This document shows positions 20,946 to 32,315 of a stretch of DNA of 64,000 nt, piece by piece. The first letter of the stretch is position 1, and the number at the start of each line of letters is the position of its first letter. The DNA comes from Diplonema japonicum. Taxonomy: Eukaryota > Protista > Euglenozoa: Diplonemea. Under the pieces are notes generated by a model. It saw nothing but the letters and a program-made list of their open reading frames with translations, searched no databases and was not told the DNA's origin. The stretch spans positions 1-64,000 of the forward strand of contig OZ025733.1 of NCBI GenBank assembly GCA_964019335.1. The letters are read 5' to 3'. A program made the translations under genes and the position numbers.

Positions 20946-21995
20946 ATGCTGGCGATCGGTAGATCTTATCATTATTCGTTTCTAACAAATTCTTATTTAC
21001 TGGGCCTACAATATGTTGACACCCAAAAACAGGGTGGTATGCTTTAGTGGTAGTAGTGGGAGGTGTTTCTTGTTGTTATCGTCTGTTTTGCTCCGTTCCG
21101 TTTGTCCCCCCCCCCCCCGCCTCCCTTTTTTATTTCTCTTGCTTCCCCCCCCCTCTTTTTTTAACGGGGAGAATTTGACTTCCCTCTCACTGATTTGGGA
21201 GAAAAAAAAAGAAGAAAAAAAGCCAGAAAAAAAAATCCCGGGCTTTGCTGCCCAGAGATACGAATCTGTGGCGTGCATTGGCATTTTTTTTTTCTCCTTC
21301 CTGAAACCTTTTCAAAAATTGCCACCGGAAAGGACCGGTACAGCTCGCAAGGTGTCCGCCCTCTTTGGTTTCCCTAAGGAATGAAAAAAAAAAGAAAGCG
21401 GAGGACCGAGAGAGAAAAAAAAAAGAAAAGGTAGAAGGCCTGAGCTATGTGGTCGTGCGGCAATAGATTCCCCCTTCCTGACCCCCCCTAAGTGATGAGT
21501 AAGGAGACTATTCGGTGGGGGGGACAAAATTCTAAAAGAAAAAGAAAGAAATGGTATTGTGAGTGCACTCTGTAACTCTTTTTGGGTAAAGAGAATGGAG
21601 GAAAAAAAAATAAAATGAAAAATAAAAACAACAACGAGAGGAAAAAGGAAAAAGAAGAAGACGTGAAAGTGAGTAAGACTAATCGTGTGTGTGCGCATAA
21701 TACGCCCTTCTACTTGCAAGTTTGAATAGGTGCTGTAAAAGGCAACTGAACTCAGAAACTCTGAAATTAACTCACACACCTTTTCAGTGGAGCTGAGTGA
21801 AGAAACAAAGGAAACGATTTTTTTTTTTTTTTGAGCATTTCCCAAACTATTGTGACAAAAAAAAGAAGAAAAAGTACATACGTCTTCCCTGCCCCTTCTC
21901 CTCTGCCATCACTGTGGGTTCCCTTAGATAAAACGACCCCTTTTTTTTCTTCCTCGTATAAACCCAACACCCCACGCAGGTGCGGAGTAATCCAA

Positions 21996-22724
21996 ATGGA
22001 AGCAAGTGCGTACCTCATCGCACCGAAAGATGTCGTGTTAAGACCGTTCGAGTTCCAAGGAAAACATCCAAGTGAAGAAGAGGTTTTAGAGTGGGCGGTA
22101 GTTGTTGATGAAAGTTTGTCAGGAAGCAGAGCAGAGGTGGGCCCGCTAGTAGGGGACGGAGAGGAGGGTGAGAGGTTGTTGCGTGTGCTGACGTGTGTGG
22201 AAGATGTAAAGCAAAGGTACTTGCGGCACCTGTTTACTTCCGTTTACGGGTTCGGGGTGCCTGGGACGCAGGTCCTTCAAGCAATACAAGACGAGGCAGG
22301 CCCAGACGGTGTTCTTGAGGTTGGGGCAGGAAACGGCTACTGGGCGCATCTATTAGCAGCCAAGGGCATCAGTATCACAGCAACGGACAATCACCAGTGG
22401 CGGCAGGGCACCGCCATGTCACCGCTCCTCACCTTCAACCACGTGTGGCACCCCGTGCAGGACGCAGATGCCGCCACAGCCGTCACCACCTACCCCACGA
22501 AAACGCCCCTGCTCGTCTGGCCATACCCCAACCAGTCCTGGGCGTCGCAGGTCCTCGCCCTCACGCAGAGCCCTGTCATATTTATCGCAGGCGAGGTAGG
22601 CAGCAAGGCCTGCACAATGGACCCCTTCGAGGGACACGCCGACTGGACAGTAGGGGCAGTGCTGGACCTCCCGAACTGGCCGGGCGTCAGGGATGTCTTC
22701 CGTGTGATGCGTCGCGTGCGGTAG
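21996..22724 (+). CDS. Class I SAM-dependent methyltransferase-like protein
   Basis: Motif I VLEVGAGNGYW, plus ITATD, LLVWP and FIAGE. The ATG follows the CAG at 21979. Confidence 0.8.
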   Translation: MEASAYLIAPKDVVLRPFEFQGKHPSEEEVLEWAVVVDESLSGSRAEVGPLVGDGEEGERLLRVLTCVEDVKQRYLRHLFTSVYGFGVPGTQVLQAIQDEAGPDGVLEVGAGNGYWAHLLAAKGISITATDNHQWRQGTAMSPLLTFNHVWHPVQDADAATAVTTYPTKTPLLVWPYPNQSWASQVLALTQSPVIFIAGEVGSKACTMDPFEGHADWTVGAVLDLPNWPGVRDVFRVMRRVR

Positions 22725-22818
22725 TTGCCTCGATTGCATTCATAACCATCTATACTCTTTCTATACTCTCTCAATTCTCTTCTATACCTTTCCTTACTTT
22801 GTTAGGCACCTTTCTAAA

Positions 22819-24339
22819 ATGGGCAACTGCGACAGCGCCCCTTCGTCGAGGAGGTCCTCTCGCTCCTCGTCCTCGAGGCAAGGGCTGAGGCGGGTGTCGT
22901 CAGAGGTCAAGATTGGGAGGGCAGGGTCCCTGAGCAGGTCGATGCCACGGAGGCTGGACAGCGTGAACTCATCACCAAGGAGGATGGAAAGCGTTGGCAG
23001 TGCAGGGGGGCACAGCCAGCTGAAGGCAATAGTTAGCATGCGGAAGAGGCAGGCAGAGCTCGAGAAGCGGGGATCAACAGCAAGCACGATGGTGAAGACC
23101 GAAGAGAAGCGCTCTCTGGGTGACACGGGGAAGACGTGGTCGTACGCACTGAAGAAGCCCCCCCCGAACCCGTGGGAGTCCACAACAGACGACTACGATA
23201 AATACCTCAACCAGTACTCGCTCATGTGCGATAGGGACGGTGTCGAGGCTTTCGACAAGTGGAAGGAGGACAAGGGCCTGGATGAGTTGGGCGACATGAT
23301 CCCCGAGTCCTCCTGCAGCGACTCGGATGAAGAATTCGCGTGCTCTGTGAAGTTCCAGCCTCCTGTACACGCAAAGGCGGGACATGAGCTCAGGACCATC
23401 ACGCGGTGCCTGCGCACGTCGGCACTGTTTACGAAGCTGCGCGACGAGGAGTTCGAGGTCTTCGCAAAGGCAGCGCAAACAGTGGGCTTCAGGAAGGGTG
23501 AAGAGGTCTTCAAACACGGCAGCATTCCCCTCCCTTCCAAAGCGGGTCTGTACTGCATTGCCGAGGGGCGTGTAGGTCTGAATTCCCAAGGGTTGGTCAT
23601 GAATAGCTTGTGCCCAGGGCAATGCTTCGGCGAGCAAACAGCTGTGAGCCCTTCATTAAGGTCCAACTGTACTGTTGTGACGCAGAGCCCTGTGACGTGC
23701 TACTTCATCCCTTCGGATGTGTGTCTGCCCCTCCTTGGACAGCACGAGGAGGCGAGGAGGAACGAGTACCTGGCGATCATGGACAACATCGAATACCTGA
23801 AAGGCCTGAAGCGCGTGCAATTAATCAGGCTATGCGACCTGCTGGAGGAAGTGGCGTACAAGAAGGACGAGACGATCATCGAGTTCAACAAGCAAGCAAC
23901 GCACTTCTACTTCATCTTGCAAGGCACGGTGAAGGTGGTGGGGAGAGAGGCCGTCAGTGATACCATCATCCCGACTGTGACGAAGCACATCTGCGACTGC
24001 AAGGAAGGCGACCCCTTGGGGCACTTAGAGATGTTCGAGCTGCCGTCAGTATCATGCGCCAACGACCCCTTCGACACGACGCCTGTTGTGAAGGAGGCCC
24101 CCAGGAGCATCGCAGACGTCATTGCGACAAGCGAGGAGGTGATCACAGCACGCCTTTCAAAGAGCGATTTTGAATCGTGTTTGACATCAACAGCTGAGCC
24201 CCTCAAGGACATGGTAGGCAGGTCTGCAGACTACGCCTACTACCGTGACACTGCGGGGATGGCCTTCCCAGAAGAAAAGAAACCTGTTGTGCTGAGCCAC
24301 CCGAAGTACAGCATGCAGAGGCACGTGAACAGACCGTGA
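22819..24339 (+). CDS. Tandem cyclic-nucleotide-binding domain protein (PKA regulatory subunit-like), N-terminally acylated
   Basis: Two CNB folds (FRKGEEVFKHG...LYCIAEGRV...PGQCFGE; YKKDETIIE...FYFILQGTV). MGNCDS is a myristoylation/palmitoylation-type motif. Confidence 0.85.
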   Translation: MGNCDSAPSSRRSSRSSSSRQGLRRVSSEVKIGRAGSLSRSMPRRLDSVNSSPRRMESVGSAGGHSQLKAIVSMRKRQAELEKRGSTASTMVKTEEKRSLGDTGKTWSYALKKPPPNPWESTTDDYDKYLNQYSLMCDRDGVEAFDKWKEDKGLDELGDMIPESSCSDSDEEFACSVKFQPPVHAKAGHELRTITRCLRTSALFTKLRDEEFEVFAKAAQTVGFRKGEEVFKHGSIPLPSKAGLYCIAEGRVGLNSQGLVMNSLCPGQCFGEQTAVSPSLRSNCTVVTQSPVTCYFIPSDVCLPLLGQHEEARRNEYLAIMDNIEYLKGLKRVQLIRLCDLLEEVAYKKDETIIEFNKQATHFYFILQGTVKVVGREAVSDTIIPTVTKHICDCKEGDPLGHLEMFELPSVSCANDPFDTTPVVKEAPRSIADVIATSEEVITARLSKSDFESCLTSTAEPLKDMVGRSADYAYYRDTAGMAFPEEKKPVVLSHPKYSMQRHVNRP

Positions 24340-24642
24340 CGCCGCCTTGTCTTGTCTTGTCTTGGTTAGTTACCACAGCACCTACACCTGCAGCTAGGCC
24401 GATAATAGTTATGTGGCACTGCCGCTCTTTAAGTTTAAACGGGTGGTGGGCCTCTTGCTTGATGGCCAAGGAAGAGCGAAGCAGTGCGCTGCCATGATGT
24501 TCCTTCCTTTTTTTTGTTTTGTTTTGTTCTGGAGGTGTCAGGAGAAGGAAAAAAAAAAAAAAAAAAAGAGGAAATGATGCCCCAGAGTGTTGTGCCCTTT
24601 TCTTTTGTTCTTTTACACCGCGTTGTCTAAAGTGCTCCGAAC

Positions 24643-24679
<37 letters not shown>

Positions 24680-24843
24680 TAGGGGAGGAAGAGGCTACAA
24701 TTTTCACTCTCGTGACCCTCTTTCTTTGTTATCCCCCCTCGCGCAAATAAAAAAAAGTGGGAAAAAAAAGTGCTTTCTTTTTGAACATTATGTTATCCAC
24801 GTTGGAGCCATTTAGAGAAATGTGTTGCTACTTTTTATTATTA

Positions 24844-24993
24844 CTGTAAAGTGAAAAACTCCAGGTAAGCTCTTGGAAAAATAAGTAAAACTCAATAATA
24901 TTTTCAGTGTAGCCCACAGTTCATTAACAACACATGAAGCCTCCAGAAAAACTCCCGGACTAACAAATAGTCCGACATTTTTTCACTTTACTG
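24844..24993. mobile_element. 150-bp pogo-related MITE
   Basis: TA|CTGTAAAGTGAAAAA...TTTTTCACTTTACTG (one mismatch). Internal GAAAAACTCCCGGAC is shared with the 1713 element. Confidence 0.65.
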
Positions 24994-26331
24994 TTTTTAT
25001 TTTCCATTTCTTTTTTCCTTTTCCCGAAGTTGCCCGAAAAGTGCCACTTTATCTTTACCCCAGCTCTTCAGCTTCATTAAGATTGACCACCGCCGGTTGA
25101 ACTAAGCCGTTAGCTGGAGGCGGGGCCGTACTTGGAATAGAATATTTCTCCCCCTTCTAATTTCTTCACTTCTGCATTATACCCACGCTGCCCTCTACGC
25201 AGTAGTAGCGGGAGCATAAGACGGGACAAAATAATTCTTTACTCTCTGCATGAGCGGTGCCCACATGTAATCAGTTGGCGCCTCGCAGCGATGAGGTTTT
25301 TTTTTCCCCCTGTCTTTGCAATGCGGTTCTTATTCTGTTTTTCTTTTTTTCCCTTCTTTTTTTTTTTTTTTTTTAGATCACCATCACTCAGCACACACAT
25401 ATCGTGTTCCCCTACTTTTTATTGTTACACACGAAAAAAGAAAGAACTTAGAGAAAATATTAAAGGTCCTGCTTATTACATGGAACCGGTTTTCTATTTG
25501 TTCTTCTCCCCCCCCACCCCTTTTAAGTCTGAGATTTCAGTTAAAGTAAAAGATTCACTCTATTTCATTACTTGTCTGGGATCGGAGCACTTCTCCCTCT
25601 CTTTCTTTCCCTCTTCTCTTCCCCCCTTCCCTCTGGTGGTCAGGCGGCATGTGTGAATTGCGAACTTTAGCATGAAAAATACATTTTCTGGCAAGCAGTT
25701 TACTTTGAGAACACAAAAAAGAAATTTTCTAACTTATAACTAATTACTTCTCTTGTCTCTTTCCCATTCATTTTTTTTTTTCCTCCTTCCCTATGTTCCT
25801 TCTATTAGTTACTTCAAAAGAAAATAATTCCTTCCCTTCCCTCCCTGTTTTCGGTGCCCACTGCTCTGGTCGGGTGTGGCTTTGCCCACCTAAGCTGAGG
25901 CCCCCTGACATCTTCGTCCCCTTTTTCTCTGGTCTAATCCTTCAGGAAGAAACGAGAATCAAACAAAAAAATAAAACAAAACAAAACACCCCCCCCCAAC
26001 TTAAAATTTTTAGGGAAAATATTAATGAGGACGTGTGCCTCACATCTTTTCCCCTCCCTAACTTGCAGTAGTCAAATTGTGGCCTCATGGCAGAAGTCAG
26101 ACGCTTAGCTACTGGATAGTCAGATACCCTGCAGATTACCCTTTTCTTTTTTTTGTTTTTGAAAAGTTTCATTCAAACACCTACCCACACTAAGAAAAAG
26201 AGTGACTCAAATTACAGGTGTTGGTAGTTGACAAACATACCCCCTCAAAAAGAAAGTATTGCAGGAAAGCCAGGCACATGGGGGGTGGCAATAAAAAAAA
26301 AGAACCACCGTTTTAGGTAGAGGACCCATTT

Positions 26332-26368
<37 letters not shown>

Positions 26369-26948
26369 GGGAAGGGGCGAGGAGGATCGATCTTTAATGA
26401 AAATGACAAATGAAAGCTTTTTTTTTAAAAGAGAAGCCTTCCTCCCCCTCCCGCGTTTGTGAGGATATAAAAAAAAAAAGAAACAAACTACTGGTCCCTC
26501 GGTTAGAAGAAGGAAATAAAAATATCAACTTATTCCCCCCCCCCCCCTTTCTTTTCCTATCTCCGCCCCTCCCACTCCCCCTCCCCTCCCTACTTCTTTG
26601 TTGCTTTGTTCTCTCTATACGTATCCCATCCGGGTACCCCCCCCTCCCCCCTCTTTGTGCCAGTTGTGCACAGTACTCGAGTTATCTGGTAAGCTGTCTT
26701 TGGTCCAACCGTCACAGCACAGCCACAGCGCAGGGTACACCGGCTTGAAGTCAAGAGATGACATACAGCTTTAAAAAAAATTTTTTTTTCCCCCTCCAAC
26801 TTTTTTTTTTTAAAAAAAAAACCCCCTCCTCCTTTTTTTTCTTTTCTTTTGCGGTGGGCCGTTGCTAACCACTTCGTTTTGTATCATAGTGAATCCCCCC
26901 CCAGGTCTTTCACCCGTCACCCCTTTGTATAGGAGTTTTAAAAGAAAG

Positions 26949-27641
26949 ATGTCAGATGGTCTAGTGATGTCACCAATGGTGGGCGAGCAGAAAATGCCGT
27001 GCAAAGCAACGGCCAAGTGGCGTGGGAGCTTGAGGGAAAACCAAATGTGCAAGGAAGGCGACTGCAAGATATACTGCGCGCAGAAAATCCATAAGAAGAA
27101 CGCCTCTAGCCTAGGGGGGTCGGCCAGGGAACTGCTTGTCACAGAGAAGTTCTTAATACAAGTTTCCGGTGTGATGGGCACGATGACAAGGATGCTGCCG
27201 ATCACAGACATCGAATCGGTGATGTGTGACAAGACCTCAGGAAGTGTGGTGGTTAAGGTCAGCAAGGCGTCACGCCCACCTGATAGGGACTGGCATTTCA
27301 AGTGCCTTCCCTCTGAAGATAACACCCATGGTGCGATAGATGACATTATAGATGTTCTTAATCAATGTAGGGCTCCTTATGTCCACCCTGCCGCTGCGCC
27401 GATCACCCTTATCCCCACCATCACAGGTAAGATACAGGATAAGCTGACCCATGGGATGGTGGCACCGGCTGATAGGATGCACCTTTATCAAAAAGGTGTT
27501 CTGAAGGCACCCGAGAAATTTGTTGAACGCACACCCGCAAACCCTTCTCAGCTCCCTGCTAAATATAAGGCGCGGCATGTGGTGCCGAAGCGCAGTCATA
27601 TTGTCAAACCCACCCCGACACGGCCTATTGAGAATGAGTAG
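26949..27641 (+). CDS. Hypothetical protein with a PH-like domain, paralog of the N-terminus of 30639
   Basis: Coding-like composition. Shares KIYC.QKI.K, P..DI....D..SG.VV, RDW.FK and V.NQCR.P with 30639. Confidence 0.8.
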   Translation: MSDGLVMSPMVGEQKMPCKATAKWRGSLRENQMCKEGDCKIYCAQKIHKKNASSLGGSARELLVTEKFLIQVSGVMGTMTRMLPITDIESVMCDKTSGSVVVKVSKASRPPDRDWHFKCLPSEDNTHGAIDDIIDVLNQCRAPYVHPAAAPITLIPTITGKIQDKLTHGMVAPADRMHLYQKGVLKAPEKFVERTPANPSQLPAKYKARHVVPKRSHIVKPTPTRPIENE

Positions 27642-28993
27642 TATTTGAGAGGAGATTTTGGCATTGGAAGTGCCTGGTTTCCTTATTTACACAAAGCGGG
27701 GGGGAAAAAAAATGAACTGAATTTCGTTTGTGAACTCTTTTTTTTTTTTCTTTCTTTTTTTTTTTCTCTGAAGGAACGAACTATAAAAAAATCTTTTTTA
27801 AAAAAGAGCTATAAAAATGCAAGTGAGAGAAACCTTTTGCAATAAAGGTTTTTTCTTTTCTCCCCCCCCCCCCCCCCCTCTCTTCCCTTTTTGTCGCCTA
27901 TCCTCAACGTGGTTTTTTCCCCTTTTTGTTGTTGTGTTTTTCCTTTTTTTTTTCCCTCTTAAGCTGCATGCCTCCTCTGCACTTGTATGGAAAAGTGTGG
28001 TGTTGTTTTGTAAGAATGATATTGCTGTGATCTTTTTTTTTAAAAGTTTGTGGGTCGTGATTCAAGCAAGCATAACAGTGGCCAGTTACTCTTTTCGTAC
28101 CTTTTCTTCTTCTTTTTTTCTTCTCCCGCGGAAGAAAAAAAAAAGAAGAAAAAGAAAAAAAAAAAAACTGTATTGGGGTGCAATAGCAGAACGAGGATCC
28201 GGTAGTAGGCGATAGGGAAGGTTACCCCCCCCTTTTTTTTTACTTTGGCAAGTCTTTGTTAACACTTTCCCAAAATCAATGAATTTAAAATTTACCCCCC
28301 CCCTCCCTTCTTGTCTTCCTTTTCTACACACTTTTTTATCCCCATGTGAAAGCTGCCGACCTTTGTTTCTCTTTTTTTCCCCCTCTTCTGGTATTAGCTT
28401 CACGGTTCAGATTTCTTTTATGTCTCTTTTTTCTTCTTTTTTTTTTCTTCTGCTTCCGTTCTCGGTCTCAATCACAAAACTAGCAACAATCCTTTGATAT
28501 CTGTCTTTCCGATTCCTTGTAGCACATCCCTTTTATTATTTCAAGGTGATGAAAAAAGTTGGGGTCAAAAAAAAAAAAAAAAAAAAAAGAATTACCTTTC
28601 CCTTCTTGTTCTCTTATTCTCCGTCTTAGTACCTTTATTCTTGCTGCTGCGGGTTTTGCCGTTTTGTTTGCAGCCTTGGCACCTGGCCTCGGCCTCAGCA
28701 CGTCTTTGCTGCTCAAGGGAGAGCATCGCAACGGGAAAACGAATCTCCGGTACTCTTCCAGCTACCTAGCAAAGTTATCGTCTAAGCCCATTCCTCTGCT
28801 GCAGCAAGGGCTGCTAAAAAAAAAACTACGCGCCCCCTCCCAAAAAAAAAAAGGGAGAAAAATGTCCGGGCATTTTTATTTTTTATCTTCCGGTATTTTT
28901 TTTTTCTCTTTTTTTTTTTTGCAGTATTCTTTATTCTTGTTTAAAAAAAGAAAAAAAAAAAAGCTTCGAAAAAAAAAAAAAGAAAAAAAAAAA

Positions 28994-29935
28994 ATGACCA
29001 TCACACACCACGGGGACAAGTACATCTGGGACGGCTCGATGCTTGCGAAGGAGTACGGCTCGTTCTTGGACAAGTTCACGTTCGACGGGTCGACGTGGCG
29101 CCCCGACAATGGGATGAACCAGGGGAGGTGGGACGGGTCCACCATGTGGCCTAGCCCAGGCGACCACGACTATGCTGTGGACTGCCGTGGGGGTGACTTC
29201 TACACCCGTGGGGGCGGCGCAGACTGGCGCACGTGCGGGTCGAACCTACGCTCCCCGGACGGCACCCTCTGGTACGTCGAGGGTGGTGTCCCAGAAGCGG
29301 TCGTCGCAGGGTTCATCTTCTCTGTGGGGAACAAAGGGCTGACCTTCGAATCGAAAGCAGCAGAACCCGAGGAGGAAGGCCGCCTCCGCTGTGCTTACTC
29401 AGATGAAGAAGACGAGCCAGCAGAACCCTCAGGCGGCAATGTCTTCACAATGGAAACCATCGCCAGAGACCTCGCCGCCAACGAAAAGCCAGTACCCCTC
29501 CTTGATGACTGGGGTACACCCAACGGTGAGGTAAAGCTCCCCTTGCTCTGTGACAAGCACCCCTACGTGTTCTTCAAGCCCCCACCGGAGAAACAAAGGC
29601 ATCACAAGTGCGACACGTGCAACGAGCCCTGCAACGACGTCGTCTACCACTGCAAGGTCTGTGACGATAGGAAGAGGCATAACTACATCTGCAAGGCCTG
29701 TGCCAAGATCCTCAGCGAGCCGCAGACTGTTAAAGCCCACAAGCACCCGGTCTACATCATGAAGGAGCCTTTCCGGTCAAACAGGTTCGTCGACAGGAAG
29801 ACGTGTGACGCTTGCGGTAAGAAGGGCAATGGCGGTGGTGCCATGTGCACCGACCCCGAGTGCAAGAAATGGGTTTGTATAAACTGTGTGAAGTCGCCTC
29901 TTGGGATCGACCCCTGTGGGTGCATTGTGGCATAA
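28994..29935 (+). CDS. (W/F)DGS-repeat plus C1/DC1-like zinc-finger protein with a C-terminal CaaX box
   Basis: ATG after an A-run, three (W/F)DGS repeats, two H-P...CDxC...CxxC...CxxC clusters, and the ending CGCIVA. Confidence 0.82.
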   Translation: MTITHHGDKYIWDGSMLAKEYGSFLDKFTFDGSTWRPDNGMNQGRWDGSTMWPSPGDHDYAVDCRGGDFYTRGGGADWRTCGSNLRSPDGTLWYVEGGVPEAVVAGFIFSVGNKGLTFESKAAEPEEEGRLRCAYSDEEDEPAEPSGGNVFTMETIARDLAANEKPVPLLDDWGTPNGEVKLPLLCDKHPYVFFKPPPEKQRHHKCDTCNEPCNDVVYHCKVCDDRKRHNYICKACAKILSEPQTVKAHKHPVYIMKEPFRSNRFVDRKTCDACGKKGNGGGAMCTDPECKKWVCINCVKSPLGIDPCGCIVA

Positions 29936-30083
29936 GACATTTTAGTATTTCTTTTTCTTCTGGTTCGAATGTAATTATATGGTTTAAAATGATAAGAAAA
30001 CTGGTCTTCTTTGTGCTGAGTAAGAGTTTACTACTGCAGGCTTTGCTCCCCCCCCTTACTCGAACGGAAAAAAAGAAGAAGGG

Positions 30084-30116
<33 letters not shown>

Positions 30117-30638
30117 AAAAACGACAATATTTACCATATCTTTTTTTTTTTTTTTTCAATTATATTTCCGCTTAAATCTTACCGTAGCCTTTTGCCCTGA
30201 TCGCCTCCTGAGAGCAGGTGTCGGGTTGTGGGAAAGATAAATCCCTCGACCCACGTTAATTCCTCGTGATTCTCAGGTGAGTATTTGGAGGGGACTTTTA
30301 GGTGGCGGTATGATGAAACAGTTGCTCCTTTTGCCTGTTTTCCCCTCTCCCTCCCCCCCTCTATAATTATTCTACCTCCCTTTTCCCTTTACTGTTGTAA
30401 CTCTTTTTTTTCCTTCTTCTGTTTGGGGACAGTCCTTTGGATGGAATGAAAGAAAAGAAAAAAAGAAGAAGCAGAAGAAACAACTCTACCATACTGCGTT
30501 TTTTGTTTTTGTTTTTGTTTTTTTTTTATTCCCCCCTTCCGCTTCAAATAAATTTGAAGACCTATTTTTCTTTTCTTTTCTTTTTATACTGATATTATCA
30601 AAAACTTAACTTTTCACCAGCAGTTCGGCGGGGGGAAG

Positions 30639-32315
30639 ATGGCCGACCCGGGGATGGAAACTGCCCGGTTGCCGCCACCCCCACCCATCAGCGCAGGGGA
30701 GTGGAGTGGGGCTTCTGGGAAGTTGTACTGTAGACAGCACATCACGAAAATACACACCTCTGCAGGGAGTGAGGAGAGGGTTCTGCTCGTTCACGGGCTG
30801 TTCTTGCTGCAAGGCGTGCCCGACGGCTCGTGCAAGATTAAGCGCCTGGTCCCCCTCCCCGACATCCGTGCCATAGCCCGGGACCACAGATCGGGCAGGG
30901 TCGTCATCTACGTGAGCCCCGATGTCCAGACCCCTGAGCGCGACTGGGAGTTCAAGCTCAGCGGCGGGAACAATTCACATAAGAGTCTTGAAGAAATTGT
31001 ATTTGTGATCAACCAGTGCAGACAGCCCCTCATGCCACCCCAAGCACCCCTTCTCGCGCTCGAGGGTGACCTCAACTACCCTATCAAGAGCGGCAAACGT
31101 CCTGGCGTACTCACTGCCAAGGAACGCCTCGACCTCTACACCCGCAACCCCTCTCTACTGCCGGTCCGGAAGAGTGGCTTCAGCCCCCCTGTCACTACTA
31201 CCACCACCCCCCTGGACCCCCCGCAGGACTACTGGGTCGAGCTCAACGACCCTGAAGAGGACCTGGGCTTCGACTTCCTGGAGCGTGCTGGGAAGCCCGC
31301 CATCATCATGAGCGTGACGGAGAACGGCCCCCTGCACAGGGCGGGTGTCCCGCTGGGTGAGATCGTGAAGCTCAATGGGATGCCTACACGGACACCGGAG
31401 GAGCTCAAGAAGGCGGTCATGGAGGCCACGCGCAACAGGCTCGTGAAGTACCCCATCACTGTGTGCCGCGATCCGACAAAGCCGTCGCCACTGCCGTACC
31501 AGCCACCTGTCGAGGTGCAGCCCGTTGAGGAGCCGCCCATGCAGCGTGACATGCAGCCACGTGAAGTGCAGGAGAGCGAAGGGTTGACGCAGTCCGACCC
31601 CGACGAGAGCCCCGACCCGGAGGAGGTTATTGCAGCGAAGTTGCAGAAGGCAGCGGCCTCGAGGCGGAAGGGGCTGATGTCCGACGAGATGTATCAGGAC
31701 ACGAAGGATCATTACCTGACGCTGCTGGGCGGGCTGAGGGACCCCCTCCTCGACGACGAGAGGGACGTCATGCCGCAGATACCTCGAACCAGAGCCCCCC
31801 CGTACCCATGGGGGTCTGTCAACATAGGGCGGTACATCTACCTACGGGAGGGGCCTTCAAGGGAGACCCGGTGGGTGGTCAACGGGGGTGTGCACGGCGT
31901 GCTGGAGGCAGTGCACCTCATCGACGACTGGTGTCTTGTGCGGGCAGACAACGGGGTCGAAGGCTATATGCGTGACAAGTACTTGGATTTCGGCCCGAGA
32001 GCCGAGCTGCTCGCAAGATCTTCAAGGAAGAAGACAAAAGACGAGTCTCTTCGCAAGCACCTCTCTGACATCATCTCTGAACCTGGTCTCACCGACAGGG
32101 CTTCTTCCGAGTTCGGGAAGCACCTTACCGCCACACCCCCCAGTGAGTTCTTTGACCCTGTCGCGCGGCGCTGGACTCCTTATAGCTCCCGACGTGCACC
32201 CTCACAGGCCTCTTCCTGGGGACCCACAGCCACTGTGCGGTCTTCTTGGCAGGACCCTGACACGCTGTATGAGGCAAGTAGTAGAGGGGACACTCAGGTG
32301 TGTTTGGAAGTTTAA
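30639..32315 (+). CDS. PH-like + PDZ + SH3b-like scaffold protein
   Basis: PDZ: DLGFDF...IIMSVTENGPLHRAGVPLGEIVKLNG. SH3b-like: IYLREGPS...WCLVRADNGVEGYM. Confidence 0.85.
   Translation: MADPGMETARLPPPPPISAGEWSGASGKLYCRQHITKIHTSAGSEERVLLVHGLFLLQGVPDGSCKIKRLVPLPDIRAIARDHRSGRVVIYVSPDVQTPERDWEFKLSGGNNSHKSLEEIVFVINQCRQPLMPPQAPLLALEGDLNYPIKSGKRPGVLTAKERLDLYTRNPSLLPVRKSGFSPPVTTTTTPLDPPQDYWVELNDPEEDLGFDFLERAGKPAIIMSVTENGPLHRAGVPLGEIVKLNGMPTRTPEELKKAVMEATRNRLVKYPITVCRDPTKPSPLPYQPPVEVQPVEEPPMQRDMQPREVQESEGLTQSDPDESPDPEEVIAAKLQKAAASRRKGLMSDEMYQDTKDHYLTLLGGLRDPLLDDERDVMPQIPRTRAPPYPWGSVNIGRYIYLREGPSRETRWVVNGGVHGVLEAVHLIDDWCLVRADNGVEGYMRDKYLDFGPRAELLARSSRKKTKDESLRKHLSDIISEPGLTDRASSEFGKHLTATPPSEFFDPVARRWTPYSSRRAPSQASSWGPTATVRSSWQDPDTLYEASSRGDTQVCLEV

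Noticed and set aside
28559-28993. Long N-terminal ORF extensions (also 37268, 43157, 50401, 59065, 21831, 26862)
   Set aside because: They are poly-K/poly-F translations of homopolymer spacers from non-ATG starts; the downstream ATGs fit acceptors and signal peptides.
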